Made by a program: the position numbers and the translations under genes. From assembly GCA_013203315.1 (NCBI GenBank), contig JABMQJ010000018.1, forward strand, positions 11,292 to 75,291: 64,000 bases of DNA. The letters are read 5' to 3'. The stretch is from Candidatus Omnitrophota bacterium (lineage in GTDB: Bacteria > Omnitrophota > Gorgyraeia > JABMRN01 > RBG-13-46-9). Below the pieces are notes generated by a model. The model did no database searches. It was given only the letters and a program-made list of their open reading frames with translations, and had not been told where the DNA came from. Positions 29,104 to 38,798 of this stretch are shown here, piece by piece (the stretch's first letter is position 1; every line of letters starts with the position of its first letter).

Positions 29104-31020
29104 ATGAATTTTAGTAAAACAAAGATATTGGTTCTGATAGTAGTTTGCGCTGCTAATTTACTATTATTACTCCCTACCATGGGGAATAATGTCGACAATC
29201 CCAACCTAATTACTTATTTTAGCGGCGATGAAGGCTATACGATGGATGTTTTGTGGTTTTATTATAGCGGAGAAAAGAGGGAGAGTTACCAGGGGGACGT
29301 TGATTATGGAATTGAGTGGTTTTATGTTTCACGCTTTGCGCGTTTGATATTATCAAAATTCATAGATTTTGGACCAGGTACCCTTATCTTATTATTAAAA
29401 TGGATTCATTTGATTGCTTGGATCGGCGCTTTAATCGCACTGTGGTTTTTTGTGGGTTATCATTTTGGGAAAGGATGGCAACAGATAGTGGCCGTTCTTT
29501 TGCTGGCAACCAGGCCTTCATTGGATTATGTTTTTAATAGTGCTAAACCAGAACCGCTTGTTTTGCTAATCATGCTGCTTGGGTTCCATTTTGTTTTAAG
29601 AATTATAGAAAAACCATCGATTAAATACTTTTTATTTTCTATATTATGTGTCGTAACCGCATTCGCTATAAAGTTTGCAGGTATTTTTCTGCTTCCTGCA
29701 ATAATTGCTGCCATGTATTATTCAAAACAATATCAGAACGATCTTGGCAGAAAAAATTATATTGGGCCTTTCCCGAAATTTAAACACAACTGGATATTTG
29801 AGTTTCTAATAGGCATATTTTTTATTACAATTCCGTTTTTATTTATCTTTTCTTATGTTCGTAAATCGACAGGTCTTACTTTCTACAATGAATTTGGTAT
29901 TTTAGGAAGCCTTGCAAAGAACAAAATATCTTTTTTAGCCTTTTTTACGGGCGCAGTTTTTTTGTTTATCTCGGCCATATTATTTTTCCTAAATAAAAGT
30001 AGAAAATTTTCCAATAAAAAAATTACAGAAACGATTAACGAAATAAATTCATATGCCTTACTGTCAGGAGGACTATTTTTCATTTTTTTGTTATTAATCG
30101 AGTTTAAATGGATTTTATCTAGTCCGGATCTATTTCGCACAACATATTTCTATAATATTTCTGACTTTATAGGCGTATTTGCCACCAGAACCGTTACTGT
30201 CAGTAACATTCTAGGAAGATATTCAGGAATTGTTATTTCGAAAATAAAGGGGTTCGATCCTATAATACTTCTTTTATTTGGCATTTATCTAATTGTGGAG
30301 TTACGTTTACGTAAGCAGAAATCAAACATTGAGAGACGATCATTCTATAAAAGATTATCCTTAGACTTCATGCTTATACCGATTTTTATAGCCATCTTTA
30401 CCATGGGTAGATTTACGCATCATCATATGCTGCCATTTTTTTGCGTAGCATCTATTTTAGCAATTAAAGGGGTTGATATGTTTAGAACTGCGTTTAAAGG
30501 TCCGAGATTGATAAAAATGGCATTTTTATTCTTTGTCAGTATCTTATTTACGATTAGTATAGTGACGCATGGGGCAGAGTTAATAAAGCTAAGGTTGTAT
30601 CAGTACAGACAGAGGGAGGATGTTGTTTTCGAGATAGAAAAGTGGTGGAGACAAAATGTTCCCCTAGATGAAACCGTTGTAGCAGATCATCATTCAATGG
30701 TTTACATGCCTCCAGAGTATAAAAACGTGACATTTATTAAAATTTCCCATGATAAAATCGAACAAATAAAAGATCTTGTGCGTACGGTAAAGCCAAAATA
30801 TGTTTATTATAACAGTGGGCATGATGAAAAGCACATAGTGCCGCCCATTGAATCAGTTTTGCCCGATTTAAAAGTAAAATTGGTCGCATCTTTTAATAGC
30901 GTAGGTAGATTGTATAGAAGGCTTCCGAACTCGCAATTTCTAATATATGAAGTAATCTCCTACGACAAAACAAGTAAAATAGACGATGTGGAACTCTATT
31001 TAAAAACAGGGGATATATGA
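29104..31020 (+). CDS. Polytopic membrane protein, putative GT-C (PMT_2/ArnT-like) glycosyltransferase
   Basis: More than 10 predicted TM helices. Loop motif 'GDEGY' near the N-terminus. Soluble C-terminal domain. Positioned after the polyprenol-P sugar synthase at 25226. Confidence 0.35.
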   Translation: MNFSKTKILVLIVVCAANLLLLLPTMGNNVDNPNLITYFSGDEGYTMDVLWFYYSGEKRESYQGDVDYGIEWFYVSRFARLILSKFIDFGPGTLILLLKWIHLIAWIGALIALWFFVGYHFGKGWQQIVAVLLLATRPSLDYVFNSAKPEPLVLLIMLLGFHFVLRIIEKPSIKYFLFSILCVVTAFAIKFAGIFLLPAIIAAMYYSKQYQNDLGRKNYIGPFPKFKHNWIFEFLIGIFFITIPFLFIFSYVRKSTGLTFYNEFGILGSLAKNKISFLAFFTGAVFLFISAILFFLNKSRKFSNKKITETINEINSYALLSGGLFFIFLLLIEFKWILSSPDLFRTTYFYNISDFIGVFATRTVTVSNILGRYSGIVISKIKGFDPIILLLFGIYLIVELRLRKQKSNIERRSFYKRLSLDFMLIPIFIAIFTMGRFTHHHMLPFFCVASILAIKGVDMFRTAFKGPRLIKMAFLFFVSILFTISIVTHGAELIKLRLYQYRQREDVVFEIEKWWRQNVPLDETVVADHHSMVYMPPEYKNVTFIKISHDKIEQIKDLVRTVKPKYVYYNSGHDEKHIVPPIESVLPDLKVKLVASFNSVGRLYRRLPNSQFLIYEVISYDKTSKIDDVELYLKTGDI

Positions 31021-31760
31021 GTCCGAAAAGGGATACCGAGAAAGATGATGTAGTGATACTTTGCGGAGGCATGGGCACGCGCCTGCGTGAAGAAACGGAA
31101 ACAAAGCCTAAGCCAATGGTGGAAATAGGCGGAAAGCCGATATTATGGCACATTATGAAGTATTATGCAGCTTATGGATTTACGAGATTCATTTTGGCTC
31201 TCGGATATAAAGGCGCTTATATCAAGGATTATTTTCGTGATTACAACAATGAAAAACAATGGGAAATCGCATGCGTCGATACCGGCCAAAAAACCCTTAA
31301 AGGCGGCCGCATAAAAAGATTGGAACCCCATATAAAAAGCAAAAATTTCCACCTTACATACGGTGATGGCCTGGGTAGGGTGGACCTTAAGCGCCTGGCG
31401 AACTTCCACTTTTCGCGTAAAAAAATAGGCACAGTTACCGCCGTTCGCCCGCCATCGCGCTTTGGGGAATTGCTGTTAAAAGGCAATTATGTTAAGGAAT
31501 TCGAAGAAAAACCGCAACTCACCAGAGGATATATAAACGGCGGATTTTTCATATTTAATAAGAAACTTCTTGAATATCTGACGCCCGATGAAAATTGCGA
31601 TCTGGAATTCGGCGCGTTACAGAAACTAGCATCCGAGGGCCAACTTACCGCATATAAGCATGACGGTTACTGGCAGTGCATGGATACGGCCAGGGACATG
31701 AATTACCTTAATGAGTTATGGGAAAACGGCGACCCGCCATGGAGGATATGGAACAAATGA
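31017..31760 (+). CDS. rfbF: Glucose-1-phosphate cytidylyltransferase
   Basis: 'VVILCGGMGTRLREETETKPKPMVEIGGKPILWHIMKYY' closely matches the RfbF/DdhA N-terminus. Length is about 247 aa. ATGA overlap with the upstream gene. Confidence 0.8.
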   Translation: MSPKRDTEKDDVVILCGGMGTRLREETETKPKPMVEIGGKPILWHIMKYYAAYGFTRFILALGYKGAYIKDYFRDYNNEKQWEIACVDTGQKTLKGGRIKRLEPHIKSKNFHLTYGDGLGRVDLKRLANFHFSRKKIGTVTAVRPPSRFGELLLKGNYVKEFEEKPQLTRGYINGGFFIFNKKLLEYLTPDENCDLEFGALQKLASEGQLTAYKHDGYWQCMDTARDMNYLNELWENGDPPWRIWNK

Positions 31761-32809
31761 AGCCCACTGTATTAATTACGGGGAACACAGGCTATATCGG
31801 GACGGTCATGGCGAAGCACTTTAAAGAGGCCTCTTACAATGTCGTGGGCCTGGATAATGATTTATACCGTGAAAACTCTCTCTTTTCTTCCGGCGATGAG
31901 GCAAAGCCGCAAAAACAAATTATAAAGGATATCCGACAGGTTACAGCAAATGACCTAGAAGGCGTAGACGCAGTGATACATCTTGCGGGGCTCTCAAATG
32001 ATCCCCTGGGGGAGTTGAACCCCGGACTAACCGATGAGATAAATTGCGTATCCACATTGCAGTTGGCACGTTTGGCAAAGTCAAAAGGGATAAAACGCTT
32101 TCTTTTTTCTTCTTCCTGCAGTATTTATGGGATATCTTCCGTAGATTTTTCAATAAATGAGACAGGGCGCCTTAAGCCCCTGACCGCCTATGCCAAGGCA
32201 AAGGTTGATGCGGAATCAGGACTCGCAAAACTTGCGGATGAAAATTTTCATCCTGTTTTTATGCGTAACGCGACAGTCTACGGCCTCTCCCCGAAGATGA
32301 GGCTGGATCTTGTCGTGAATAACCTTACCGCATGGGCATATTTAAAGGGTGAAATTGCAATAATGAGCGACGGCACGCCATGGAGGCCTATTGTGCACGT
32401 CGAAGATCTGTCCCGTGCCTTCAAAACGGTTCTTGAGGCGCCACATAAAAAAATTCATTGCCAGGCTTTTAATATCGGGTCAAATACCGAGAATTATCAG
32501 GTTAAAGATATAGCGCTAAAAGTCGGAAGTGCCGTACCCGAAGCCAGCATAAAGATACTGAATAAAATGGGACCCGATGAAAGAACCTATAAAGTAGATT
32601 TTTCCAAGTTTAAAGACGCGTTTCCGGAATTTAAATGGCTATGGAACGTAGAGAAAGGAATAGAAGCGCTTCTGGATGCATACAAAAGATATTCCTTGAG
32701 CGTAGATGACTTTGAATCTGACAAATATTTCCGCGTAAGGACAATTAAGTCACTACTTGAATCAGGCAAAATAGATGAAAATCTTAAAATTAAGGGAGGC
32801 CAGGCATGA
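31748..32809 (+). CDS. NAD-dependent epimerase/dehydratase-family SDR (candidate CDP-hexose 4,6-dehydratase or epimerase)
   Basis: 'VLITGNTGYIGTVMAKH' Rossmann motif and 'YAKAKVDAE' YxxxK. Start at the ATG after GGAGGAT at 31748. Confidence 0.6.
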   Translation: MEQMKPTVLITGNTGYIGTVMAKHFKEASYNVVGLDNDLYRENSLFSSGDEAKPQKQIIKDIRQVTANDLEGVDAVIHLAGLSNDPLGELNPGLTDEINCVSTLQLARLAKSKGIKRFLFSSSCSIYGISSVDFSINETGRLKPLTAYAKAKVDAESGLAKLADENFHPVFMRNATVYGLSPKMRLDLVVNNLTAWAYLKGEIAIMSDGTPWRPIVHVEDLSRAFKTVLEAPHKKIHCQAFNIGSNTENYQVKDIALKVGSAVPEASIKILNKMGPDERTYKVDFSKFKDAFPEFKWLWNVEKGIEALLDAYKRYSLSVDDFESDKYFRVRTIKSLLESGKIDENLKIKGGQA

Positions 32810-33255
32810 TAGAAGGGGTAAAGTTAGTTCCGCTTAAAAGAATATCCGACGAAAGAGGCATGATCATGCATATGCTAAAATGCACGGATCCGCATTTCGA
32901 ACAATTCGGAGAAGTGTATTTTTCTACGGCCCATCCCGGTGTTATCAAGGGTTGGCACGAGCACACCAAACAAGTCCAGTTCTACGCGGTAGTAAAAGGC
33001 ATGATAAAGCTTGTCCTTTATGACGCGAGAAAAAAATCCCCAACCCACGGTGAGCTCATGGAACTGTTTATCGGAGACGACAATTATCAGCTCGTACGAA
33101 TTCCTGCCGGCATAATTAACGGCTACAAAAATATAGGCACTGAGACGATAATTCTGGCGAATTGCGCAACGCTACCACACCAACCAGATGAGATGCTTCG
33201 ATATGACCCGCACGGGAGTAAAGTACCTTATAAGTGGACAAGGGCAGATAAGTAA
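32806..33255 (+). CDS. Cupin-fold sugar epimerase/ketoisomerase (RmlC/FdtA-like)
   Basis: 149 aa. 'DERGMIMH...FGEVYFSTAHPGVIKGWHEHTKQ' resembles the RmlC/WxcM-like cupin core. GGAGG RBS and ATGA overlap. Confidence 0.5.
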   Translation: MIEGVKLVPLKRISDERGMIMHMLKCTDPHFEQFGEVYFSTAHPGVIKGWHEHTKQVQFYAVVKGMIKLVLYDARKKSPTHGELMELFIGDDNYQLVRIPAGIINGYKNIGTETIILANCATLPHQPDEMLRYDPHGSKVPYKWTRADK

Positions 33256-33256
33256 T

Positions 33257-34162
33257 ATGAGTAGCAGTGAAAGCAAACTTCAAGCCGTAGTGATCGGCGC
33301 AAACGGTTTAGTAGGCAGGTGCGTCATTAACCTGCTTACACAAAAGGGCATAGAGTGCATAGGCACATGCAACAAGAGGCCACGCAATAAGCTTTTCAAG
33401 CTGGATATTACAGACCCCGAAGAAATAAACAGGTTTTTTTCTAAATTTTCGCCCGAAGTAGTTTTTCATTGCGCAAATCTTGCGGGTGGCGTAAACTTTT
33501 GCCAGTCAAACCCAAAAATCGCCACTGATTTTCACCTTAATGCCACCAAGAGAATAGGGAACGCCTGCAACGCCAATAACGCAACTATGTTTTTCATATC
33601 AACGGACTACGTATTTGACGGCACGAAGGCCCCCTACAAAGAGAATGACCCTACAAATCCTTTAAACTTATACGGAAAGCTGAAGCTTGAAGCGGAGGAA
33701 TGGATAAAAGGCAACATTTCGAAGTTTGTAATAGTTAGGACAACCAACGTTTACGGCTGGGACCCCGAAACGGTAACCCCGAATTATGTTATGGGCTTAT
33801 ACAGAACGCTTAAAGAGGGTAAACCGTTTAATGCGCCGTCGTTCCTTCGCGGAAATCCCACATACGCAAACGATTTGGCAGAGGCAATTGTAGAATTGTA
33901 CGTAAAAAATGCACATGGGCTTTTTCATGTGGTCGGAAAAAGTTTTGTCGACAGGCTCGAATGGGCAAACGCCGCATGCGAGATTTTTGAGTTAAACAAA
34001 TCATTGCTGAATGAAACAAAGGTGCCGTCGCCGGACATGGTTCCGAGACCACTGGAATCAAACCTTACTTCCGACAAATTTATGCGAGCCTATAAAAGCA
34101 CTTTGCACGACCTTGCAAGCGGTCTCAAGCTCATGAAATCCGACATGAAAACTTTAGGTTAA
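33257..34162 (+). CDS. RmlD-like NAD(P)H-dependent 4-keto-sugar reductase (SDR)
   Basis: 'AVVIGANGLVGRCV' N-terminal Rossmann motif, 'YGKLKLEAEE' YxxxK, about 300 aa. Position after the cupin epimerase mirrors RmlC-RmlD order. Confidence 0.5.
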   Translation: MSSSESKLQAVVIGANGLVGRCVINLLTQKGIECIGTCNKRPRNKLFKLDITDPEEINRFFSKFSPEVVFHCANLAGGVNFCQSNPKIATDFHLNATKRIGNACNANNATMFFISTDYVFDGTKAPYKENDPTNPLNLYGKLKLEAEEWIKGNISKFVIVRTTNVYGWDPETVTPNYVMGLYRTLKEGKPFNAPSFLRGNPTYANDLAEAIVELYVKNAHGLFHVVGKSFVDRLEWANAACEIFELNKSLLNETKVPSPDMVPRPLESNLTSDKFMRAYKSTLHDLASGLKLMKSDMKTLG

Positions 34163-34164
34163 AA

Positions 34165-35067
34165 ATGCAACAACCCCTTTTTACCGTAATAATTTCAACC
34201 TATAATCGTAAAGACATATTGCCGCGCGCGATTGAAAGCGTCTTGAACCAGACCTTCCCGAATTTTGAGCTTTTGGTAATTGACAATGGCTCGACGGATT
34301 CAACCGCTTCCGTTTGCGACCGCGTAAAAGATGATCGCTTCACGTATGTCCGGAATCCCAAGCCAACAGATTCCTGCGACGGCCCAAGAAACCTCGGCAT
34401 AGAAATGGCCCAGGGTAACCTCATCGCTTTTCTCGACGACGATGACATATGGTATCCCACGAGGCTTGAAAAAGTAAAAAAGGCATTTGAGGAAAATCCG
34501 GACGTATCCTGCGTGTGCCATAATGAAAATAAAAACGTGGACGGTAAGATAACCGAAACATTCAGGTATGGGCCGTGGTCACCTGATTTGTACGAACGCT
34601 TGCTCTACGAAGGGAACTGTCTCTCTTCCTGTGCGACAACGATAAAGCGTGATTTATTGAAGAAACTGGACGGTTTCGATTTGAGAAAAGAATTTTGTAA
34701 GGCGGCAGATTACGATTTGTGGATAAGAATGGCCAAGAGAGGCGTGAAGATTTATTTTATTGATGAGCCGCTCGGAGAATTTTTCCTGACAGGGCATAAC
34801 TGGAGTACGGCCGATCCGACATTCAGAGGAAAGCTTGCCAATCTTCTCGAAATGCACATTCTTCAACATGAAAAAAAGCCCATTTTACAAATTTCAAAAA
34901 GAGGCATGTGGCAACTATTTAAACTAAATGCGATTGCCGGCAAAAGATATACGAAGGCCGGGGATTACAGAAACGCCCTGCGTCATTATCGTAAAGCAGC
35001 TTTATTTGTCATGAAAAAACCAAGTTTAATAAGTACCCTATTCTCAGGAACGGTCAAAAATGATTGA
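34165..35067 (+). CDS. Glycosyltransferase family 2
   Basis: 'FTVIISTYNRKDILPRAIESVLNQTFPNFELLVIDNGSTD...FLDDDD' GT2 DxD architecture. Confidence 0.7.
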   Translation: MQQPLFTVIISTYNRKDILPRAIESVLNQTFPNFELLVIDNGSTDSTASVCDRVKDDRFTYVRNPKPTDSCDGPRNLGIEMAQGNLIAFLDDDDIWYPTRLEKVKKAFEENPDVSCVCHNENKNVDGKITETFRYGPWSPDLYERLLYEGNCLSSCATTIKRDLLKKLDGFDLRKEFCKAADYDLWIRMAKRGVKIYFIDEPLGEFFLTGHNWSTADPTFRGKLANLLEMHILQHEKKPILQISKRGMWQLFKLNAIAGKRYTKAGDYRNALRHYRKAALFVMKKPSLISTLFSGTVKND

Positions 35068-36181
35068 AAATAAATTACCCGCATACAAGAAGGAAAAATG
35101 CACCTTTTTCGCCTTGGGGAGAAATGCAATGTATGCTGCCTGCAACGCACTGGGCCTCAAAAAAGGCGACGAGATTCTTACCCCTGCATTTGATTGTGAC
35201 GGGTCATTGCAACCCTTCAGGGTCTTGGAGTATAAACCAATATTCTTCCGTTCCGACCCGCGAACGTTTTCCGCGGATTTAGAAGACATAAAAAAGAAAA
35301 TTACCCCAAAAACGAAATTACTGCACATAATAAACCATTTTGGAATGCCGCAACCTTGGAATGACATCTTGAGCCTTCAAAGAGAGGTAAATATTCCCAT
35401 CATGGAAGATAATGCCTATTCGCTTTTTTCAAGCCTTGACGGGAAACCCTTTGGAACGTTCGGGGACGCGGCAATATTTTCACTACGAAAAAACTTACCA
35501 CTCGCTGATGGAGGAATGCTACGCATCAATAACCCGCGATACAAATTCACTGAAGATTCAAAAAAAAGTAAATTCATTTATAAAGAGGACTTGGAAAGTC
35601 TCGCAGTTGTAATAAAAAATAGAGTTGGTTTAAGTACAGTTTTCCGTTCTTTGAGGCAGGGACCCCCTCCGCCGCTTTATTCGAATGGCAACCTGGAATA
35701 TCCCGTCTGGGCCGGCCGCGATCATATCGGAAAAGAATTTTCCTGCAATTACACAAGATCCATGTCACGATTTTCAAGACAAGCCTTGGATACGTTTTTA
35801 CACAATGACTACGAGGCTATGATAGAAAAAAAACGCAAGTTCTATTCGATTCTGTCAAAGGGCCTTAAAGGTATTAGAGGGATAGAGGTTTTGTGGCCGG
35901 AATTACCGGAAGGTATAGTGCCTTTCTCATTATCATTTTTGGTATCAAACCACCGAGATGCATTTTTCGACTTTTTGCGAAAAAAATACGACGTTATGGC
36001 CTGGCCGACGTTATCTGCATTAGTGCTGGAGCAACTTAAAGATTTCCCCGATGTAGAACTTTTGGGAAGGCGTCTCTTACAACTAAATTTACCTTCGGAT
36101 AAGGTAAAGAAAACGAATTTTCCGCAGTATATCGAAAATGTCGTAGAGGATATCCACAAGTTAGCGCAAAAATATATTTAG
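35060..36181 (+). CDS. DegT/DnrJ/EryC1/StrS-family PLP-dependent sugar aminotransferase/dehydratase
   Basis: 'GRNAMYAACNALGLKKGDEILTPAFDCD' and 'AIFSLRKNLPLADGGML' resemble DegT-family motifs including the Lys-bearing segment. Length is 373 aa. Confidence 0.45.
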   Translation: MIENKLPAYKKEKCTFFALGRNAMYAACNALGLKKGDEILTPAFDCDGSLQPFRVLEYKPIFFRSDPRTFSADLEDIKKKITPKTKLLHIINHFGMPQPWNDILSLQREVNIPIMEDNAYSLFSSLDGKPFGTFGDAAIFSLRKNLPLADGGMLRINNPRYKFTEDSKKSKFIYKEDLESLAVVIKNRVGLSTVFRSLRQGPPPPLYSNGNLEYPVWAGRDHIGKEFSCNYTRSMSRFSRQALDTFLHNDYEAMIEKKRKFYSILSKGLKGIRGIEVLWPELPEGIVPFSLSFLVSNHRDAFFDFLRKKYDVMAWPTLSALVLEQLKDFPDVELLGRRLLQLNLPSDKVKKTNFPQYIENVVEDIHKLAQKYI

Positions 36182-36226
36182 TTACACTAGTGCGGAGTTT
36201 CACAAAAAAGTAGAATAGGTTTAATT

Positions 36227-37558
36227 ATGAAAAAAATATTATTAATTATGCAATCCCCCGTAAACAAAGAGAATTACATTAACGTCTTGCCTCCTCTGGG
36301 AATATTATACATTTGCTCTTTTCTTAAATCCAAAGATATACCCTCAGATATCATTGACTACAATGTGTCGAATATCGATTATTCTGTGGTTCAGGATTAT
36401 GACTTGATAGGTTTTAGCATAAACTGTGCAAATATTACCAATACCCTAAACATGGCAAAGGCTATCAAAAAGCAATATGGCAAGGAAATAATCGTAGGTG
36501 GTCCTCAGGTAACGGGTGATCCGACATTTTTCTTAGACAAGGACTATATCGATGGTGCAGTTGTTGGTGAAGGAGAACACGCCTTATATGAATATTTAAT
36601 AAAAGGAAAAGTAGTACCAGGTTTGTATTTAAAAGAAAAAAATAAAAAAATAGTTTTTGGAGAACCACGTCCAGGTAATAAAAACTTAGATTCCTTACCG
36701 TTTCCGGCTTTCGATAAGATTGATATAAGAAAATATAATACGGTTCCCAAAAAAAGAAATCCAGTCTCGACAATAGTTACATCCAGAGGTTGTCCGTTTA
36801 AGTGTATATTTTGTTTTCATTCGTTGGGATATTCATTCAGGTCACGTAGTGCCGAGAATATTGTTGATGAGATAGAGTGGCAGGTCAAAAATTTTGGTGT
36901 AAAAGAAATTTGTTTTCTAGATGATAATCTAAGCCTGGATATCAATAGAGCGAAAAAAATATTCAAAGGTATCATAGATAAGAATCTCGATGTAGTGTTT
37001 CAGATACACAACGGTATCAGGGTAGATAAGGTAGATGACGAGTTGTTAAGCTTGATGAAACAAGCAAGATTATGGTTTATGATTATATGCCCCGAAAGCG
37101 GCGACTCGAAAACCATAGAATTGATAAAAAAAGGATTTGATAAAGAAATTGTTAGAAAAGTTGTTAAAACCAGTAAGAAAATGGGATTTTTTACATATGC
37201 CTGTTTTATGATTGGATTCCCATGGGAAACCGAAGAACGCATAAAGAGAACCGTTGATTTCGCCAAAGAATTAGACACAGATATGGTACAATTCTCGAGG
37301 GTAACCGCATTCCCTGGAACTGAATTATACGATATGTGTAATTTAAATTATAAAATAGAAAAAGATAGCGGCTTATTCTACGGTGATCCCAGATTCAATA
37401 TAAGCAAGTTAACTGATTCCAGAATAAATCAAATAATTAAAGAAGCATATAGAAAGTGTTATTTAAAACCAAGAAAGATACTAAAATTATTAACATCTTT
37501 GAAATGGCGAAACGTATACTTATTAGCAAAATATTCTGTAACAACCAAGAGCATCTAA
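36227..37558 (+). CDS. Cobalamin (B12)-binding radical SAM protein
   Basis: 'TSRGCPFKCIFCFH' radical SAM triad after a B12-binding-like N-terminal domain ('IIVGGPQVT'). Confidence 0.7.
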   Translation: MKKILLIMQSPVNKENYINVLPPLGILYICSFLKSKDIPSDIIDYNVSNIDYSVVQDYDLIGFSINCANITNTLNMAKAIKKQYGKEIIVGGPQVTGDPTFFLDKDYIDGAVVGEGEHALYEYLIKGKVVPGLYLKEKNKKIVFGEPRPGNKNLDSLPFPAFDKIDIRKYNTVPKKRNPVSTIVTSRGCPFKCIFCFHSLGYSFRSRSAENIVDEIEWQVKNFGVKEICFLDDNLSLDINRAKKIFKGIIDKNLDVVFQIHNGIRVDKVDDELLSLMKQARLWFMIICPESGDSKTIELIKKGFDKEIVRKVVKTSKKMGFFTYACFMIGFPWETEERIKRTVDFAKELDTDMVQFSRVTAFPGTELYDMCNLNYKIEKDSGLFYGDPRFNISKLTDSRINQIIKEAYRKCYLKPRKILKLLTSLKWRNVYLLAKYSVTTKSI

Positions 37559-37564
37559 TCCAAA

Positions 37565-38695
37565 ATGGTACATAATTGGATAGAAGATATTAACAAATTT
37601 CGCGATGTCAGTAACGATTGGGATAAAGCCCTTATCGCATCTGATAACTACAATCCTTTTTTACTTTCGGATTTTCTAATAACGTGGTGGAAATATTATT
37701 CCAAGGGGCATAGGCTGGCGATTTTTGTCCTTTACGAAAAAGGCAGCATTATCGGCGGCATACCGCTTTACATCAGAAAAAGCAGTATTCGTACAGGTTT
37801 TGCCAATGTGCTATTTTACGTTGGGGACGTAGCGGCCAATCATACGGAACCTTTTTTTGCGAGCAAGAAAGAATCTTTCTTACATGTCCTCACCGAGGCC
37901 CTGGCGCAAAGAAAAGATTGGGATGCGTTGCATCTTAAAAACGTTCGTTCCGGAAACCGTATGCTCTCGGAACATAAAAACAACGCATTTCTTAATAAAT
38001 TTTCCATTTATGAAATACAAGACCACTTCGATTGGTCGATTGATATTTCGATGGGAAAGGGTGAATACCTTGCCTTCGTTTCGAAGAAATTAAAAAGAGA
38101 TTTAAGATCTAAACGGCGATTCGCAACAAAAAATTACGGCGAGATATCCTTGAAGCAAATGAAAGGCACCGAAGAAATAGAGCGCCTTTTTGATCTCTAC
38201 GTAAAATTTTCCATTAATGCCTTTGCTTCCAGAGACGTGAAAAGTAATTTTAAAAACTCAGAATATTGCGGCTTTTTCAAAGAATTTTTAGCGCTTATGG
38301 AAGAAAAAGGCAGGCTATATGCTCACGCGCTTTTAGCCGGCGAAAAAGTCCTCGCAATAAGCTTTGCCTACCGCTTTGGCAAGGGATTTAAGTGGATATT
38401 AAACGCCTTTGATTATGAATATCGATACGTGAGGCCCGGATATCTTTTAATCGAGGAATTGATTGAGAAAATTGAGAAACTTGGCGAAACCGAATATAAC
38501 TGGTATGGACATGAGAGGTTCTATAAAACGCAGTGGTGCAACAAAAAGACCCCGCTCTCACAGTTTCTTATAATTGACAAGACACTTGCCGGGCAGCGTT
38601 ACAGGGCACGACAGCTTGTCGAACGTGCGCTAAAATCGAACAAAACCGCCAGGAACCTAATCCGAAGCTTAAGAAAAGTGACACCTACCGTCTAA
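37565..38695 (+). CDS. GNAT-superfamily acetyltransferase, FemAB/CelD/BioF2-like (Acetyltransf_6-type)
   Basis: About 376 aa with duplicated acyltransferase-like halves. C-terminal 'AISFAYRFGKGFKWILNAFDYEYRYVRPGYLLIEELIE' resembles CelD-like GNATs. Weak call. Confidence 0.3.
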   Translation: MVHNWIEDINKFRDVSNDWDKALIASDNYNPFLLSDFLITWWKYYSKGHRLAIFVLYEKGSIIGGIPLYIRKSSIRTGFANVLFYVGDVAANHTEPFFASKKESFLHVLTEALAQRKDWDALHLKNVRSGNRMLSEHKNNAFLNKFSIYEIQDHFDWSIDISMGKGEYLAFVSKKLKRDLRSKRRFATKNYGEISLKQMKGTEEIERLFDLYVKFSINAFASRDVKSNFKNSEYCGFFKEFLALMEEKGRLYAHALLAGEKVLAISFAYRFGKGFKWILNAFDYEYRYVRPGYLLIEELIEKIEKLGETEYNWYGHERFYKTQWCNKKTPLSQFLIIDKTLAGQRYRARQLVERALKSNKTARNLIRSLRKVTPTV

Positions 38696-38713
38696 GCTAC
38701 TTCCAATTTATGT

Positions 38714-38742
38714 ATTGTCACAAAAGGCTCCTTATGCTACAA
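38714..38742 (+). promoter_or_regulatory. Sigma70-like promoter (-35 TTGTCA, 17-nt spacer, -10 TACAAT) in the 103-nt gap upstream of the GT4-DUF218 gene
   Basis: This is one of the few intergenic gaps in the window. Near-consensus hexamers with optimal 17-bp spacing. A second TATAAT-like element 'TATATAATG' lies about 20 nt downstream. Confidence 0.4.
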
Positions 38743-38798
38743 TATCCTTTCGCTATTGTGTATATAATGCTATATATTAGCTACATATAGGGGCAAAT

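Noticed and set aside
31748-32809. Calling this SDR specifically CDP-glucose 4,6-dehydratase (rfbG)
   Set aside because: Its position after rfbF suggests that role, but the N-terminal motifs do not clearly match what I recall of RfbG. Kept as a generic epimerase/dehydratase.
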